Part shown: positions 1-10,320 of the stretch, in pieces | Layout of the letters: the number at the start of each line of letters is the position of its first letter | How positions within the stretch are numbered: position 1 is the first letter of the stretch | Assembly (NCBI GenBank): GCA_937863435.1 | Contig: CALMES010000147.1 | Coordinates: 1,639-65,638 of the forward strand | Direction of reading: 5' to 3' | DNA: 64,000 nucleotides | Origin: an uncultured Candidatus Peregrinibacteria bacterium | GTDB lineage: Bacteria; Patescibacteriota; Gracilibacteria; Peribacterales; Peribacteraceae | Program-made: the position numbers and the translations under genes | The notes under the pieces: model-generated | Told to the model about the DNA's origin: nothing | Database searches by the model: none | What the model saw: only the letters and a program-made list of their open reading frames with translations

Positions 1-77
1 ATGAATCCCACAATCATTTTATAAGAGCGAAAGACAAACAAAATTGCCATCCGTGATTTTAATGGTATTGTACATTC

Positions 78-494
78 ATGGTTACATCTTCAGCATTTTT
101 CACACCTTCCTCCATGCACACCTTTCACTCTCCTGTGAGCGGTTCTGGTTTTTACGAAAACAGGTTCTTATATCGAAATAATGCAGAAAGAGTTGAAGCA
201 TTTAAGGGCACATTAGAAAAGCAGGGCATTAACTTGCGAGATCCTCACGTTCAGGACGTTTTAGATAATTATAAAAATCTCATGAGACACATCGCCAATA
301 ATCCATTGCGCAAAAATCCCGAACCCCGTCCCTATCCGGAACTTCCTGCGTTATCATTAGGGAGTACAGTTCCCATGGCTACTCACGAGCAATCTTCACT
401 TCCTTTGGGGGTTGCCCAGCAAGCAATTCGTTTGCTTCTTACGGAAGTTTTACCCAGCCTCTCCAATGGAAGCGCTTTAAAAGGAAATAAATAA
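78..494 (+). CDS. hypothetical protein (138 aa)
   Basis: An intact ORF. A TATTGT hexamer at 66-71 lies 6 nt upstream of the ATG. A hairpin terminator follows at 521-549. No family recognised. Confidence 0.5.
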   Translation: MVTSSAFFTPSSMHTFHSPVSGSGFYENRFLYRNNAERVEAFKGTLEKQGINLRDPHVQDVLDNYKNLMRHIANNPLRKNPEPRPYPELPALSLGSTVPMATHEQSSLPLGVAQQAIRLLLTEVLPSLSNGSALKGNK

Positions 495-520
495 TAAACT
501 TGTTACAAGACAGCTTCACA

Positions 521-549
521 AAAAAGCCCCGACCAATGCAGGGCTTTTT
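521..549. terminator. bidirectional rho-independent terminator
   Basis: AAAAAGCCC (521-529) pairs with GGGCTTTTT (541-549) around an 11-nt loop. It lies between the convergent genes 78-494 and ssb. Confidence 0.6.
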
Positions 550-619
550 TGCTGAGGCTTTTCTTGTATCAGAGAGCCGAAGTTTGCGAATATCGGCTGC
601 GGCAGGATATAGATCGCGA

Positions 620-1483
620 TTAGAACGGAAGATCTTCTGGCTTGATATCGGATTCGTAACTGATATCCGGAACGGCCATGCCGGCAGCAACCGGCTGCGA
701 CTGATCGTAGCTTGGTGCCGACTGGCGCTGACTGCTTGGCACGCTGTCGGACTGCATGGAAGAGAACGCGTCGGCATTCTTGACGCCGAGTAAGCTGACC
801 TGGTCTGCAATAATTTCCGTTGTGTAGCGTTTGACGCCTGCCTGCGTTTCCCAGGTGCGGGTCTGCACGCGGCCAGTGACATACGCGCGGTTACCCTTCT
901 TGATATTTTTCTGGACTTCGACTGCGAGGTCGCCCCAGACAACGACGTTGTGGAACTCGACACGCTCTTTTATTTCGTTGCTGGCTTTGTCTTTCCACTT
1001 TTCGTTTGTCGCAACACCAATAGTGAGCACGTTCTGGCCGCTGGTTGTGGTGCGCATTTCGGGATCTTTGGTGACGTTACCAATGACCTGCACGCGATTG
1101 AGGCAGTTTGTCACCCGCTTTGCATCGGCCGGAACATCGATCTGACCGTTCTTCGGGTCCAGCAGGATCATGTCCATGGCGACGATTTTGGTTTTGGATT
1201 TCTTTTCGCCGCTGGCCGCATCATCCCAGCTGTCTGTCTGTAAGCGACCCGAAATGAAGAGCTGGGCTCCGGCGCGGACATACTGGCCGGCAACATCGGC
1301 CATGGCGCCCCACATAGTGACTGTGTGGAAACTCTTTCCCTGAATAGTCTCGCCCTTTTCGGAGCGGAAGGAGTAAGGAACGACTATGTTTAAATCCGTG
1401 ACGCTGGCGCCACCGGGAGTCTGACGAAGTGTAACAGGTTGTGTCTGGTAACCGATGATATCGATACGATTGAGAGAGAACAT
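620..1483 (-). CDS. ssb: single-stranded DNA-binding protein with two tandem OB folds
   Basis: The start is taken at MFSLNRIDIIGY. There are two SSB-like OB modules (NRIDIIGY...FISGRLQTDSW and NRVQVIGNV...YVTGRVQTRTW). A low-complexity tail ends in the acidic tip EDLPF. Confidence 0.85.
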   Translation of the reverse strand: MFSLNRIDIIGYQTQPVTLRQTPGGASVTDLNIVVPYSFRSEKGETIQGKSFHTVTMWGAMADVAGQYVRAGAQLFISGRLQTDSWDDAASGEKKSKTKIVAMDMILLDPKNGQIDVPADAKRVTNCLNRVQVIGNVTKDPEMRTTTSGQNVLTIGVATNEKWKDKASNEIKERVEFHNVVVWGDLAVEVQKNIKKGNRAYVTGRVQTRTWETQAGVKRYTTEIIADQVSLLGVKNADAFSSMQSDSVPSSQRQSAPSYDQSQPVAAGMAVPDISYESDIKPEDLPF

Positions 1484-1699
1484 CGTGATAGGAAGAATGG
1501 AAGTAAAGGAGGCCTCTATGAATGTTACTCGTTTATTCGTTGCTCGCTCACTCGTTACTGTACACATAACAGGTAACGAACGACTAAAATCGAGAACTAT
1601 AAAGGAACGTGGACATTTGTACACCTTTGCGTAGATGTTGATCAACTAATCGGAGTTGATTGGAAGTTTAAAATATTGTCGGATAGGAATTACGATACT

Positions 1700-1751
1700 C
1701 GAATTACGAAGTACGAACGCATTTCAAACTTGTATCGTACTTCGTAATTCG
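1700..1751. repeat. 17-bp perfect inverted repeat built from CGAAnTA heptad words
   Basis: CGAATTACGAAGTACGA at 1700-1716 pairs with TCGTACTTCGTAATTCG at 1735-1751 around an 18-nt loop. It lies in the divergent ssb/operon intergenic region. Confidence 0.8.
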
Positions 1752-1825
1752 CAATTCGTACTTCGCTCTCAAATTCGTTTGAAACCTCTAACAAAATTCG
1801 GCTCCGATAGTGTATTATCGCACCC

Positions 1826-4800
1826 ATGCGTCGGCGCACATTTTTGGGCAGCATAGGTCTCATGGGTCTTGCATTGCTGCAAAGCGCTCAGGCTGAGCAG
1901 TTTCAGCCAAAATATAACAATCCACAAACGTACGCCGAGGTGCAAAAGGGCATTGCCGAACTGAAGAAAAATATTGAGAGCGTCCAGTGCGGCGGCTGGC
2001 AGTCCGGCACAGAAGAAGAGGATGCAGCCAGTATGGGCGGCTGCAACGTACAGATACGCTGCGCCAGTGACAGTGCGGCGGCCACCGGCCCGGGAGACGG
2101 CAGCGATGAGGGCGGAGACATCGGCATCTGCTACGGCCGTGTCGCTTTCGCCAGCCGTAAAGATGCATCCGGCACCATGAATGTCTGTTCATCACGACCG
2201 AAAAACAACAAGGGCGAAACATACTTTCTTATTCATGAACTGGCCCATACGCTGCAATTCTGTCCGCATCGCGTGGGGGAGAGCGTGATTCATTCCCGCG
2301 AAACGTGCTGCAAATACGAGCGCGAAGCCTATCGCGCGCAATGCCAGGCAATGGCGGAAGACGGACAGCTTTCCGGCATTTCGATTGATCAGTGTGCCGA
2401 CTACGGCGCGTCCTATTTAAGCTGCGACAAATACGGTGTCAATGCGTGCGGCGTTCCGCCGATTGAGCCTGCAATGCAGATCACCATCCGCAAAGCGCTC
2501 TACGACGGCGGCGGCAAAACATGTGCGCAGGAAACAGCCGGACTCGACACAAAAAACCCGGACGCCAGCGGAGCCGACCCCCGTATCAAGGCGCTGCTGA
2601 AGCAAATCAACAAGCTGTCGGACGACCAGACCAAAAGCTCGAGCAGCACACCCTCCGCATTCCCGATGCCTGTTGTGACGGGCGCGCCCGGACGGGCAAA
2701 TCCCACCCCGACCGCGGACATAAAGCTGGGCGTCGGCGTACGCGCCGCATTCACCTTCCCCGACACGACCCTGGGCTTCAAGACCGCTTGTGACATCCAT
2801 CAGGCAAAAGACGCTCGCGGCAACGACATCAACCCTGAACGTCTGTGCATCAATGAAAATCCCGAACGAAACACTCCCAAAGACTGTAAAAAATTGTACG
2901 ATTTTCTGATCCGCCAGCAAAAGGACGCCAGACGCAATGACAACTGTGACGGCAGCAAGGAGAAGCTCTGCTTCGACTACACAGGCGTGTGTACCGGCCA
3001 GGGCTGCCGCACGCCGTTCTTTCCCGCATTTTCCTACACTCCACCCGTGTGTCCGCCACCGCCGCTGCCTGTGGTACCCGAGCAGGTGACGCAAAAACAA
3101 TCTTCGTTTTACCGCCACTACACAGTGACCGTTGATGCGCCGCAGAGTAATCACTGGGACGTAAGCGGGGAGTGTTACGACTGGTACATCGAGAAAGACC
3201 CTGAGCTGAACATGACCGTCAAAAAAAAGGCCGGCGGCAGTTACGCCGATACCAGGCCGTACGAACAGTGCGAGGTGAAAATCGGCAAAGACACATCGGC
3301 ATTCGAGAGCTCGTCTTCTTCTGCGGGCACGGCATCCGTGACACCGGGCGGTTCAGCCGGAAGTGCCGCTCCAAACATCACTCCCGAATGGAAACCGGCG
3401 AGTGACCAGAAGGGACAGTTCTGGCCGCAGAAAGGACTCGTCGGCCCGACCGATGATGACAGACAGCCGCGCACTGCCGCCGATCCGTGGGTAGCCGACG
3501 CGCAGACGAATCTGTCAATTCTGGACATGAAGAAAGCGAAAGATGTCACCAAAAACCTGGATGATGAAAACGACATCACGCCGTTTGCCACCAACCTGAT
3601 CGCCATCCGTCAAAAGGCCAGCAAGGCGATTGGGGCTCAGTCGCGTACCGACGATTTCGACGACACGGGCGAGCGCGGGTTTGTCAGCTGGTGGCTTACG
3701 CAGCAGCAGGAAATTATGAAGATTGTTCGCCAGCCGCAGGTACGACTGCTGCTTCCGTCGCGCTTCATTACCGGGCTCGATGAAACCGATGCGCTGTTTG
3801 CCTACGCCAAAGACAGCATTTCACAATCCAACGGCTACAGCGAAATCACCGTTCATGCCGGCTCCGAGGAGCTGGGCAATCTTCTGCAGTCGCTTCAGCA
3901 CAGTTTCTTCCTGCCGATTCAGGAGGTGCGCGTGCCTGTCATCGTGCCGCTGCTGTCGGAAACCGAAGCCAACACACGTATTGCCGAGTGGAAGTTATGG
4001 CAGCAGGAAAATCCTGCACACAAAGCCGATGCCGAGCCGTTCATTCACAAAATTGAAAGCTACCGCGACGCTGCGTTGCGGGTTCGCGACATGCGATCCG
4101 TCCTGCCGGCACGATCGAAGCAGCTGCTCACAGTCCAGAAGCAGATCCGCGGATTCTATGCCAGCTGGTATCTGCAGAACGCCAAGCGCGTCCAGCAATG
4201 GTCGCAGGTGAACGTCGTGCGCACGCAGATCAAGAAAACATGGAATACCATGGCAACAGCCCTGCTCGACGCATCGGCGTGCCAGCTGCAGTGGTGCAGC
4301 AATCAGCGCTACTCGCTGGCGGTTTACTCGCTGCTCGACGGATGGTTCCGCAAAACAGACAGAATACTGTTGAGCGCCACCGACCTCTCCAGTCTGCGGT
4401 ATCGTCCGCCCCGCGATCAGTCGATTGATTTTTCGTGGTTGCAACTGGGGTCAGGATCCAGTCTGCAGATGCCGGTGCTGTGGCCGGTACAAGTGCGTCT
4501 GACCATCCCCCTGCCTCCCCACAGCCTGAATGCGACACTGCCGGATATCGACGATTATCCCGACGTTCCGCAGTACGCCGATAACTACGCGGACTTGTTT
4601 GGCAGCATGCCGGTCCCCGACGTGCGTTTTCCTGCCGGCATCATTCCCCGCAACGAGGATTTTTCGGATTTTGCCATCAGCGATGCCTATCTGGTACCGC
4701 CCGTGGAGCGTGAAGACGTCCTCACGCAGGCACAGCAGATGCTTGATGCCCTGTCTTCTTCGTTTCAGGGCGATGACACCAGCCGCGACAATCTGAAGGG

Positions 4801-5245
4801 CGCTTACTGCCGTTTTGCCAACAGTATTCTGGAGGCACCCAATCCCGATGCGGGCAGCGACAGGCGTATCGTGCATATCGAGAATGATCTTCAGGAGCGT
4901 ATCGCCCGCCTGTTCTCACGCTTTATGCCCAACCGCGACAATGATTTCCGCGGCAAGGCAGACCGGCTCGCCGCGACGCCCGCACCGTCCCCCTGCCTCG
5001 ACGATGTGCCGTGTGCTCCTGCTCCCGGCGAAAGGCGGATCCGCGACAGCTGGCAGTGGACCGTCCGGTCGATGGCAACCGACATCCAGACTACCTACGA
5101 AGTACTGCGCGACAGCATGCTGCCGGCAATCGACCGCAATCCGTATCTGGATGCCGCCCGCAGCGTCCTTGTGCGCAGCATGCCGCTGGTGCTGCTGCCA
5201 CTCACCTACGACCTGTCACCATCCCTCCCTTCTTCCAACCCCTGA
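1826..5245 (+). CDS. large exported Cys-rich protein with HExxH (zincin-like) motif, otherwise unknown
   Basis: The N-terminus MRRRTFLGSIGLMGLALLQSAQA is a Tat-like RRxFL signal. HELAH is encoded at 2234-2248 inside a Cys-rich segment. A TATTAT hexamer at 1813-1818 lies 7 nt before the ATG. Confidence 0.75.
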   Translation: MRRRTFLGSIGLMGLALLQSAQAEQFQPKYNNPQTYAEVQKGIAELKKNIESVQCGGWQSGTEEEDAASMGGCNVQIRCASDSAAATGPGDGSDEGGDIGICYGRVAFASRKDASGTMNVCSSRPKNNKGETYFLIHELAHTLQFCPHRVGESVIHSRETCCKYEREAYRAQCQAMAEDGQLSGISIDQCADYGASYLSCDKYGVNACGVPPIEPAMQITIRKALYDGGGKTCAQETAGLDTKNPDASGADPRIKALLKQINKLSDDQTKSSSSTPSAFPMPVVTGAPGRANPTPTADIKLGVGVRAAFTFPDTTLGFKTACDIHQAKDARGNDINPERLCINENPERNTPKDCKKLYDFLIRQQKDARRNDNCDGSKEKLCFDYTGVCTGQGCRTPFFPAFSYTPPVCPPPPLPVVPEQVTQKQSSFYRHYTVTVDAPQSNHWDVSGECYDWYIEKDPELNMTVKKKAGGSYADTRPYEQCEVKIGKDTSAFESSSSSAGTASVTPGGSAGSAAPNITPEWKPASDQKGQFWPQKGLVGPTDDDRQPRTAADPWVADAQTNLSILDMKKAKDVTKNLDDENDITPFATNLIAIRQKASKAIGAQSRTDDFDDTGERGFVSWWLTQQQEIMKIVRQPQVRLLLPSRFITGLDETDALFAYAKDSISQSNGYSEITVHAGSEELGNLLQSLQHSFFLPIQEVRVPVIVPLLSETEANTRIAEWKLWQQENPAHKADAEPFIHKIESYRDAALRVRDMRSVLPARSKQLLTVQKQIRGFYASWYLQNAKRVQQWSQVNVVRTQIKKTWNTMATALLDASACQLQWCSNQRYSLAVYSLLDGWFRKTDRILLSATDLSSLRYRPPRDQSIDFSWLQLGSGSSLQMPVLWPVQVRLTIPLPPHSLNATLPDIDDYPDVPQYADNYADLFGSMPVPDVRFPAGIIPRNEDFSDFAISDAYLVPPVEREDVLTQAQQMLDALSSSFQGDDTSRDNLKGAYCRFANSILEAPNPDAGSDRRIVHIENDLQERIARLFSRFMPNRDNDFRGKADRLAATPAPSPCLDDVPCAPAPGERRIRDSWQWTVRSMATDIQTTYEVLRDSMLPAIDRNPYLDAARSVLVRSMPLVLLPLTYDLSPSLPSSNP

Positions 5246-5991
5246 TGCTGCGCCGTCTTTCAGTAACCGGCTTTCTGCTTCTTCTGCTCACTGCGCACTC
5301 GCCGTCTGCAGCGGCACAAACATCCGCGCCTTCGCCAGACGAAACGCGTACCGCCTGCCGCAATCGCATGTTCAAGGAGCTGGCGGCAGTGCACGATGAA
5401 TACCGCAGCGTCATATTCGGCAGTATCCAGGACAAAGACGGCAATGTTGTCGTCAAAGGCGGAGGGTCGGGAACCGTCGTCCGGCAGGGAATCCTGGAAG
5501 AGCGCGGCCGTCTGACCTCCGAACTGGTTGCGCCGATTATGGAAAGCTACCGCGCCTACCGCTGCCGCAGTCTTGCCGTCTGCAAGGTCCTGCAGGAATC
5601 CTTCAGTCATACCAATATGAAAGAGGCTGTACAAGTGCACACTCTCGGTTGCCAGCCGCAGGAGATCGAGCCGTACGAGGAATGTTTTTTCGGCACCGCC
5701 AAGAATGCCAAAGCGCGCCTGCCGCAAAGCGATGTACAGGCTCTGGGAACGGAATGTGACGTACTGGTGCAAGACACACTCACTATGGAGCGTGCCGTTT
5801 TGCGCACGGCCGTGGCGTACGACAGCGGCTACCGCGGTCTGCTCCAGTTTTCAGGCATGATGAACATGCTTCTCGATGCCACTGCGCGCTTCGCGTTTCC
5901 ACCGCTGCGCGACATGATCAACCTGCTGGGCAAACTGCACCAGATTCCGTGCTACATCGGTCAGTGTGATATGCGCAAAGACCTCCGATAA
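5245..5991 (+). CDS. exported hypothetical protein (248 aa)
   Basis: The signal peptide is MLRRLSVTGFLLLLLTAHSPSAAAQ. The ATG shares one base with the upstream TGA (TGATG at 5243-5247). Confidence 0.65.
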   Translation: MLRRLSVTGFLLLLLTAHSPSAAAQTSAPSPDETRTACRNRMFKELAAVHDEYRSVIFGSIQDKDGNVVVKGGGSGTVVRQGILEERGRLTSELVAPIMESYRAYRCRSLAVCKVLQESFSHTNMKEAVQVHTLGCQPQEIEPYEECFFGTAKNAKARLPQSDVQALGTECDVLVQDTLTMERAVLRTAVAYDSGYRGLLQFSGMMNMLLDATARFAFPPLRDMINLLGKLHQIPCYIGQCDMRKDLR

Positions 5992-5993
5992 TC

Positions 5994-6914
5994 ATGCCGA
6001 AAAAAACTCCCGTCACTACCGGCGCGACCGTCCGATCCGCCTCCGCAGCGAGGCAGGTAATGCAACGCATGCAGACAGTTGTGCGCAACAATCCGCTGCT
6101 GAGCGGCATTATTCTGGCAACCGTCGTGATTGCGGTGGGAACCAATGTGCTGCTGCACGCGGACCTGACAGGCGGCGGTAAGGATGGCGGCGGCACGGAA
6201 GCAGAACAAAGAAGGAATTTGAGAGCCTGCTCATCCAGCGGCACCGTCTTTGCCGGACTGACACCCAAAGAAGTGACGGAAAAATTCAGAAGCGACATGT
6301 CTCTGGTTGTCCAGGAACGCCAGGACCTGCTCATCAAGCCGTCGCTATGGACATGTGCGACGGACGACGGCGCCGGCACAGATCCTCCCATGCCGCAGCT
6401 GACGGCAATGGCCACAAACAAAATGCCGGCGTGGACCATCCGTACCGGCAAAAACACCTACGAAACGAAGCCGGTCCGCTTCGCCGATTTCTCGACTATC
6501 GTGATGGAATACGAGCGCAACTACGAATGCACCCTGTCGGAATTCCAGGGGAACGCACTCTCTGTTGTGAGCAATGATCTGGATGACTACGGTCTGCAAA
6601 ATCCGCAGGAAAAAAGCATCAGCCTGCTGCATATCGACAGCGGTCTTGGCGCGCGCATGAATCGCTTTTCGCAGACGATGCAGAACGAACGCCGGCGTGC
6701 GCGCATAGCTGTCGAGCGGACCGTCACCACTCTGCGCTCGATGGAGATTGCCGCGCCGCTTACCACCCGCATGCAATGCCTGGTCCGCCAGCAGCTCGAC
6801 CTGCGCAGTCTTATGAGCCTGCTTGCCGACACCATGAGCTGCATGCCACGCATCTGGGATGCCGCGACATCGCTCCATGACCGCTCATCCAGTGCCTCCA
6901 CCACGAATCCCTAA
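5994..6914 (+). CDS. N-terminally membrane-anchored hypothetical protein (306 aa)
   Basis: The TM helix LLSGIILATVVIAVGTNVLL follows a basic N-terminus. The gene starts 2 nt after the upstream stop. Confidence 0.65.
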   Translation: MPKKTPVTTGATVRSASAARQVMQRMQTVVRNNPLLSGIILATVVIAVGTNVLLHADLTGGGKDGGGTEAEQRRNLRACSSSGTVFAGLTPKEVTEKFRSDMSLVVQERQDLLIKPSLWTCATDDGAGTDPPMPQLTAMATNKMPAWTIRTGKNTYETKPVRFADFSTIVMEYERNYECTLSEFQGNALSVVSNDLDDYGLQNPQEKSISLLHIDSGLGARMNRFSQTMQNERRRARIAVERTVTTLRSMEIAAPLTTRMQCLVRQQLDLRSLMSLLADTMSCMPRIWDAATSLHDRSSSASTTNP

Positions 6915-8729
6915 ATGAAACACCTCTCGTCTGTTGCCATCGGCGCCATGATCTTCCTCCTGCCGGCGGCAGGAATGGCTGAATCCATCTTCGACACTTT
7001 CTACAACGAAGCGGCGCAGACGATTGACGGCACGCCGGTCAGTGACGCCATCGTACAATTTACCATTGATCAGATGCGATTGTGGGGGCCTCGCGGTATT
7101 GTACTGACCGCCGAGGATATCCGCCTCGCTCAGCTGGGAGATACTAAAGTGTGTCTCGGTAAAAAAGATCGTAATGGGGATACTATCCCGCCGATGAGCA
7201 GCGGCCTGGGTGCGTATACCTGCGACGGACTGAAGCAGGCTATAAAAGCCCTCATCGAAAGCGAGAGGCAGGCCCAACTGCTTGGCGACACACTCATCAC
7301 GATTGCAAACGGCAATGAAATGGCGATTGCCGACGAAGCGCACCGCGGATCCAATGTCGGTCAGCTGACCGCCACCTTCGGACGCCTGTGGAGCGGGACC
7401 GGCAGCCAGGCGGAAGCATGGCCGACGGACGCCGGCGATGCGGTGACCCAGCTGGAAAGCGCTCTGTCTGACGAACAGAAAGATCTGGACGCGATCATGC
7501 TCCGGTTTCACCACGGCTACTTCCGCGACGCGCGCGAGAATGACCCGCGCTTCCGCGACATAGGACCAAAAACCCGCGACGCGCTCGAAGCGATTGCCAG
7601 CCGGCTGAATATTGCGGGCGACACGCGCAAAACCGGAGACATTGCCACGCCGGTTCTCAAAACAAAAAATGTGACGCTGTGGGCACGCAAAGACGACATC
7701 GGTTTGCAGTGGACCTATCCGACGCATCTGGAACGCATGAACATTCAGGCTGCATGGGACTACCCGCAGCGCGCAGAGGGCGGACAGTCACTGGCCTATC
7801 CGTACGCGTACCGGGGCGAACCGAGGGCGGGTCAGGCATACAACATTGCAAGTCCGCTGTGCAGCCGCAGCCAGGGGCGTTTCGGCTTCCTCTGCCGACC
7901 GCTGCCCGCGGCATCCGGTTGCAACAGCACAACGGGGAGCGGAGCGCTCAGCAGCATTACCCTGACACGCTGCAGTCACACGATAACCGAGACACCCCCC
8001 GGTACCATGCAGCTGTGTTCCGGTGCCCTGCTTCTGTACAAAGACACCGGCAAGGCCGTAGGCGACCTCCAGCCTGGCGACAAGGCCGATCCGAAAGACA
8101 TCTGCTCGCCTGAAAGCAATATTCTGTACCAGGACGACACGACGCAGCATGCCTGCTATATCAGCTCCTGCCTGCGCCAGTCTATGAGCGGGCACACGAT
8201 TATCCCTCTGCGCAATACGACACTCTCCACAGAGGTGGCGGCACCGTTCCATGCGTTTGAACGGAATGATCCGCAACTGGGACTGTATGCCGAGATGAGC
8301 AGCAGCAACACTCCGGTTATCCTGCCGCCGTACCTGGGGCTGGACCTTGTGGCACTCTTCGAGCGGGATTACTGCGCGCAGAACGGGCTTCCGCCGGGCC
8401 CGCTTGCCGGCTACTGCAGCTATCAGAACAATCGGCGCGACGCATCGCCGCTTGCCCAGCTGAGCGCCATGTTCGGCTCCTACACGCAGGAGGCGGCGGA
8501 TCTCGCCAGCGACCTTGATCAGACCGCCGCACTCGGTGCGGCAACCGGCTACCGCCTCTCGCTCGACCAGTCGCTGCCCATTTACCGGACAACCGCCGCG
8601 TCACTGGCGCAAACCGTCCGCACTATCGCCAACCTGTTTAACGAACTCAAGAGCGCCCCTCTCACGCGCCAGCTCTGTCCCTGGATCGGCGCGCCGCAAG
8701 ACACCACCCTCACCCCTGTCGAACCATGA
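6915..8729 (+). CDS. exported Cys-rich hypothetical protein (604 aa)
   Basis: The signal peptide is MKHLSSVAIGAMIFLLPAAGMA. The ATG directly abuts the upstream TAA (6912-6917). Confidence 0.7.
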   Translation: MKHLSSVAIGAMIFLLPAAGMAESIFDTFYNEAAQTIDGTPVSDAIVQFTIDQMRLWGPRGIVLTAEDIRLAQLGDTKVCLGKKDRNGDTIPPMSSGLGAYTCDGLKQAIKALIESERQAQLLGDTLITIANGNEMAIADEAHRGSNVGQLTATFGRLWSGTGSQAEAWPTDAGDAVTQLESALSDEQKDLDAIMLRFHHGYFRDARENDPRFRDIGPKTRDALEAIASRLNIAGDTRKTGDIATPVLKTKNVTLWARKDDIGLQWTYPTHLERMNIQAAWDYPQRAEGGQSLAYPYAYRGEPRAGQAYNIASPLCSRSQGRFGFLCRPLPAASGCNSTTGSGALSSITLTRCSHTITETPPGTMQLCSGALLLYKDTGKAVGDLQPGDKADPKDICSPESNILYQDDTTQHACYISSCLRQSMSGHTIIPLRNTTLSTEVAAPFHAFERNDPQLGLYAEMSSSNTPVILPPYLGLDLVALFERDYCAQNGLPPGPLAGYCSYQNNRRDASPLAQLSAMFGSYTQEAADLASDLDQTAALGAATGYRLSLDQSLPIYRTTAASLAQTVRTIANLFNELKSAPLTRQLCPWIGAPQDTTLTPVEP

Positions 8730-10276
8730 AGCGCCTTCTTGTCATTGCCGGCCTCCTGCTGCTGCCAGCATCTGCTCTGGCGGCAGGACAACCCGCGCTG
8801 TCGCCATGGGTCCAAACCATTCTCGACAAAGCAGACAAGGGGATTGCCGTCGCCGCCAGACGTCCGGCCGATGAAGCCTGCCGCAGCGAACAGGATCCTC
8901 TCAAAAAAGCCCGGCTCAGGCAGACAGCGATTACGGAAGCGCAAAACGTCCTGCGCAAAGGCATTGATATCCGCACGCAGGTGAGTCTGGAGGCGCGCTC
9001 GTTGTTTGAACAGAACGTCTGTTTCCGCAGCGATGTCCGACTGGTTGAGGCCAAGATGCAGGAGGTGCGACAGGCAATGATCGACCACATCGACTCGTGC
9101 AATCTGGTCGGCGCAAACGTGCTTGGCAGCGTCTACTCCCTGCTCTCGCTGGCGCAAAAATCGCTTGTAACCGGCGGACTGGATCCGACCTATCGCGACA
9201 ATCTGGCGCGCCAAACGTACTTCTTCGAGAGCGAAGAGCTAGTCACAACACCGGGCACTCCGGTCGCACAGGACGATACATCCTCGGCTGCTCCGTCGTG
9301 CCCGTTTACCAGCGACTACGGCCCGCACTCCTACGCCACCGCACAAAGCCTGGAATCCGAAGGCACGCTGAGCTTCGGATGCGATGAAACCGTCATCCAG
9401 ACGCTGCCGGATACCCTCAAGAATGAATGGGAGAGACAGCATGCGTTTATGGCCGACATGAGCACGATTGCCGGGTCCATCAATGCCGCCATGCAGGCCT
9501 TTATCACCACCATGAACAGCACCGTTTCATACATCCGGCATGGCGCGCCGCCGGACATAAGCGACGACGCCCCCATTCGTCCGTCCGATGTCCGTCACGG
9601 CAAAGTCGACGGCTGTCTGGCGCTTGATGAGAACGAAGCGGGCAGCGAGGCGGCGCGTGACTACGCCGATGATTTCTCTGCGGCACCGCGCACGGATACC
9701 GATGCAATCTTGCCGCTGGGCCTTCTGTTCCGTCCGGCGTACGACTACTTCTCGCTCTTTCAAAATCCGCTCACGCTCCTGCAGCGCAGCGCCGACACCA
9801 AAGCCCGGCAGGGCTACGAGCAGGCGCTTGTCGGCCGCACTCTCTATGCAGGCAATGATACCGGCACGAAGCTGCTTTCGACTGTTGCCATGACAGAGCG
9901 GGACGAAAAAGACCTGCGCGGCATTTCTGCCAATCAGGCGCGGGAGCAGGCGATTGTGAATTCATGGAGCGCCGACGCCATACAGCGCAGCAGCGAGGCA
10001 TTTTCTGAGCTGGACGGCAGCGTGAAGGCCCTTGGCAATGTGGTAAAGGAGAAGGGAACGCTGCCGCTCTACATTCGTGACGTGGCGTATTTCCTCCTGC
10101 GCTCGTGCGTCGACGGCCACTGCACCAAGAATCTGGATACGATTTTGAAGCGCGTGCTCAATCCGTACTGCTACCCGTATTCATCGGATCTCTACAAAGA
10201 AGACAACGTGCCCGAGAAGTGCTTCTGTCAGGATCAGGAATGGGGAGGATACGCCGAGTATTGTATGGCGACGTAA
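8726..10276 (+). CDS. exported Cys-rich hypothetical protein (516 aa)
   Basis: The signal peptide is MKRLLVIAGLLLLPASALAA. There is a 4-nt ATGA overlap with the upstream gene. Confidence 0.7.
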   Translation: MKRLLVIAGLLLLPASALAAGQPALSPWVQTILDKADKGIAVAARRPADEACRSEQDPLKKARLRQTAITEAQNVLRKGIDIRTQVSLEARSLFEQNVCFRSDVRLVEAKMQEVRQAMIDHIDSCNLVGANVLGSVYSLLSLAQKSLVTGGLDPTYRDNLARQTYFFESEELVTTPGTPVAQDDTSSAAPSCPFTSDYGPHSYATAQSLESEGTLSFGCDETVIQTLPDTLKNEWERQHAFMADMSTIAGSINAAMQAFITTMNSTVSYIRHGAPPDISDDAPIRPSDVRHGKVDGCLALDENEAGSEAARDYADDFSAAPRTDTDAILPLGLLFRPAYDYFSLFQNPLTLLQRSADTKARQGYEQALVGRTLYAGNDTGTKLLSTVAMTERDEKDLRGISANQAREQAIVNSWSADAIQRSSEAFSELDGSVKALGNVVKEKGTLPLYIRDVAYFLLRSCVDGHCTKNLDTILKRVLNPYCYPYSSDLYKEDNVPEKCFCQDQEWGGYAEYCMAT

Positions 10277-10320
10277 AGGGGCTGGGGTTAATGGTTGGCA
10301 TTGATTGAGCATCTGGAAAC

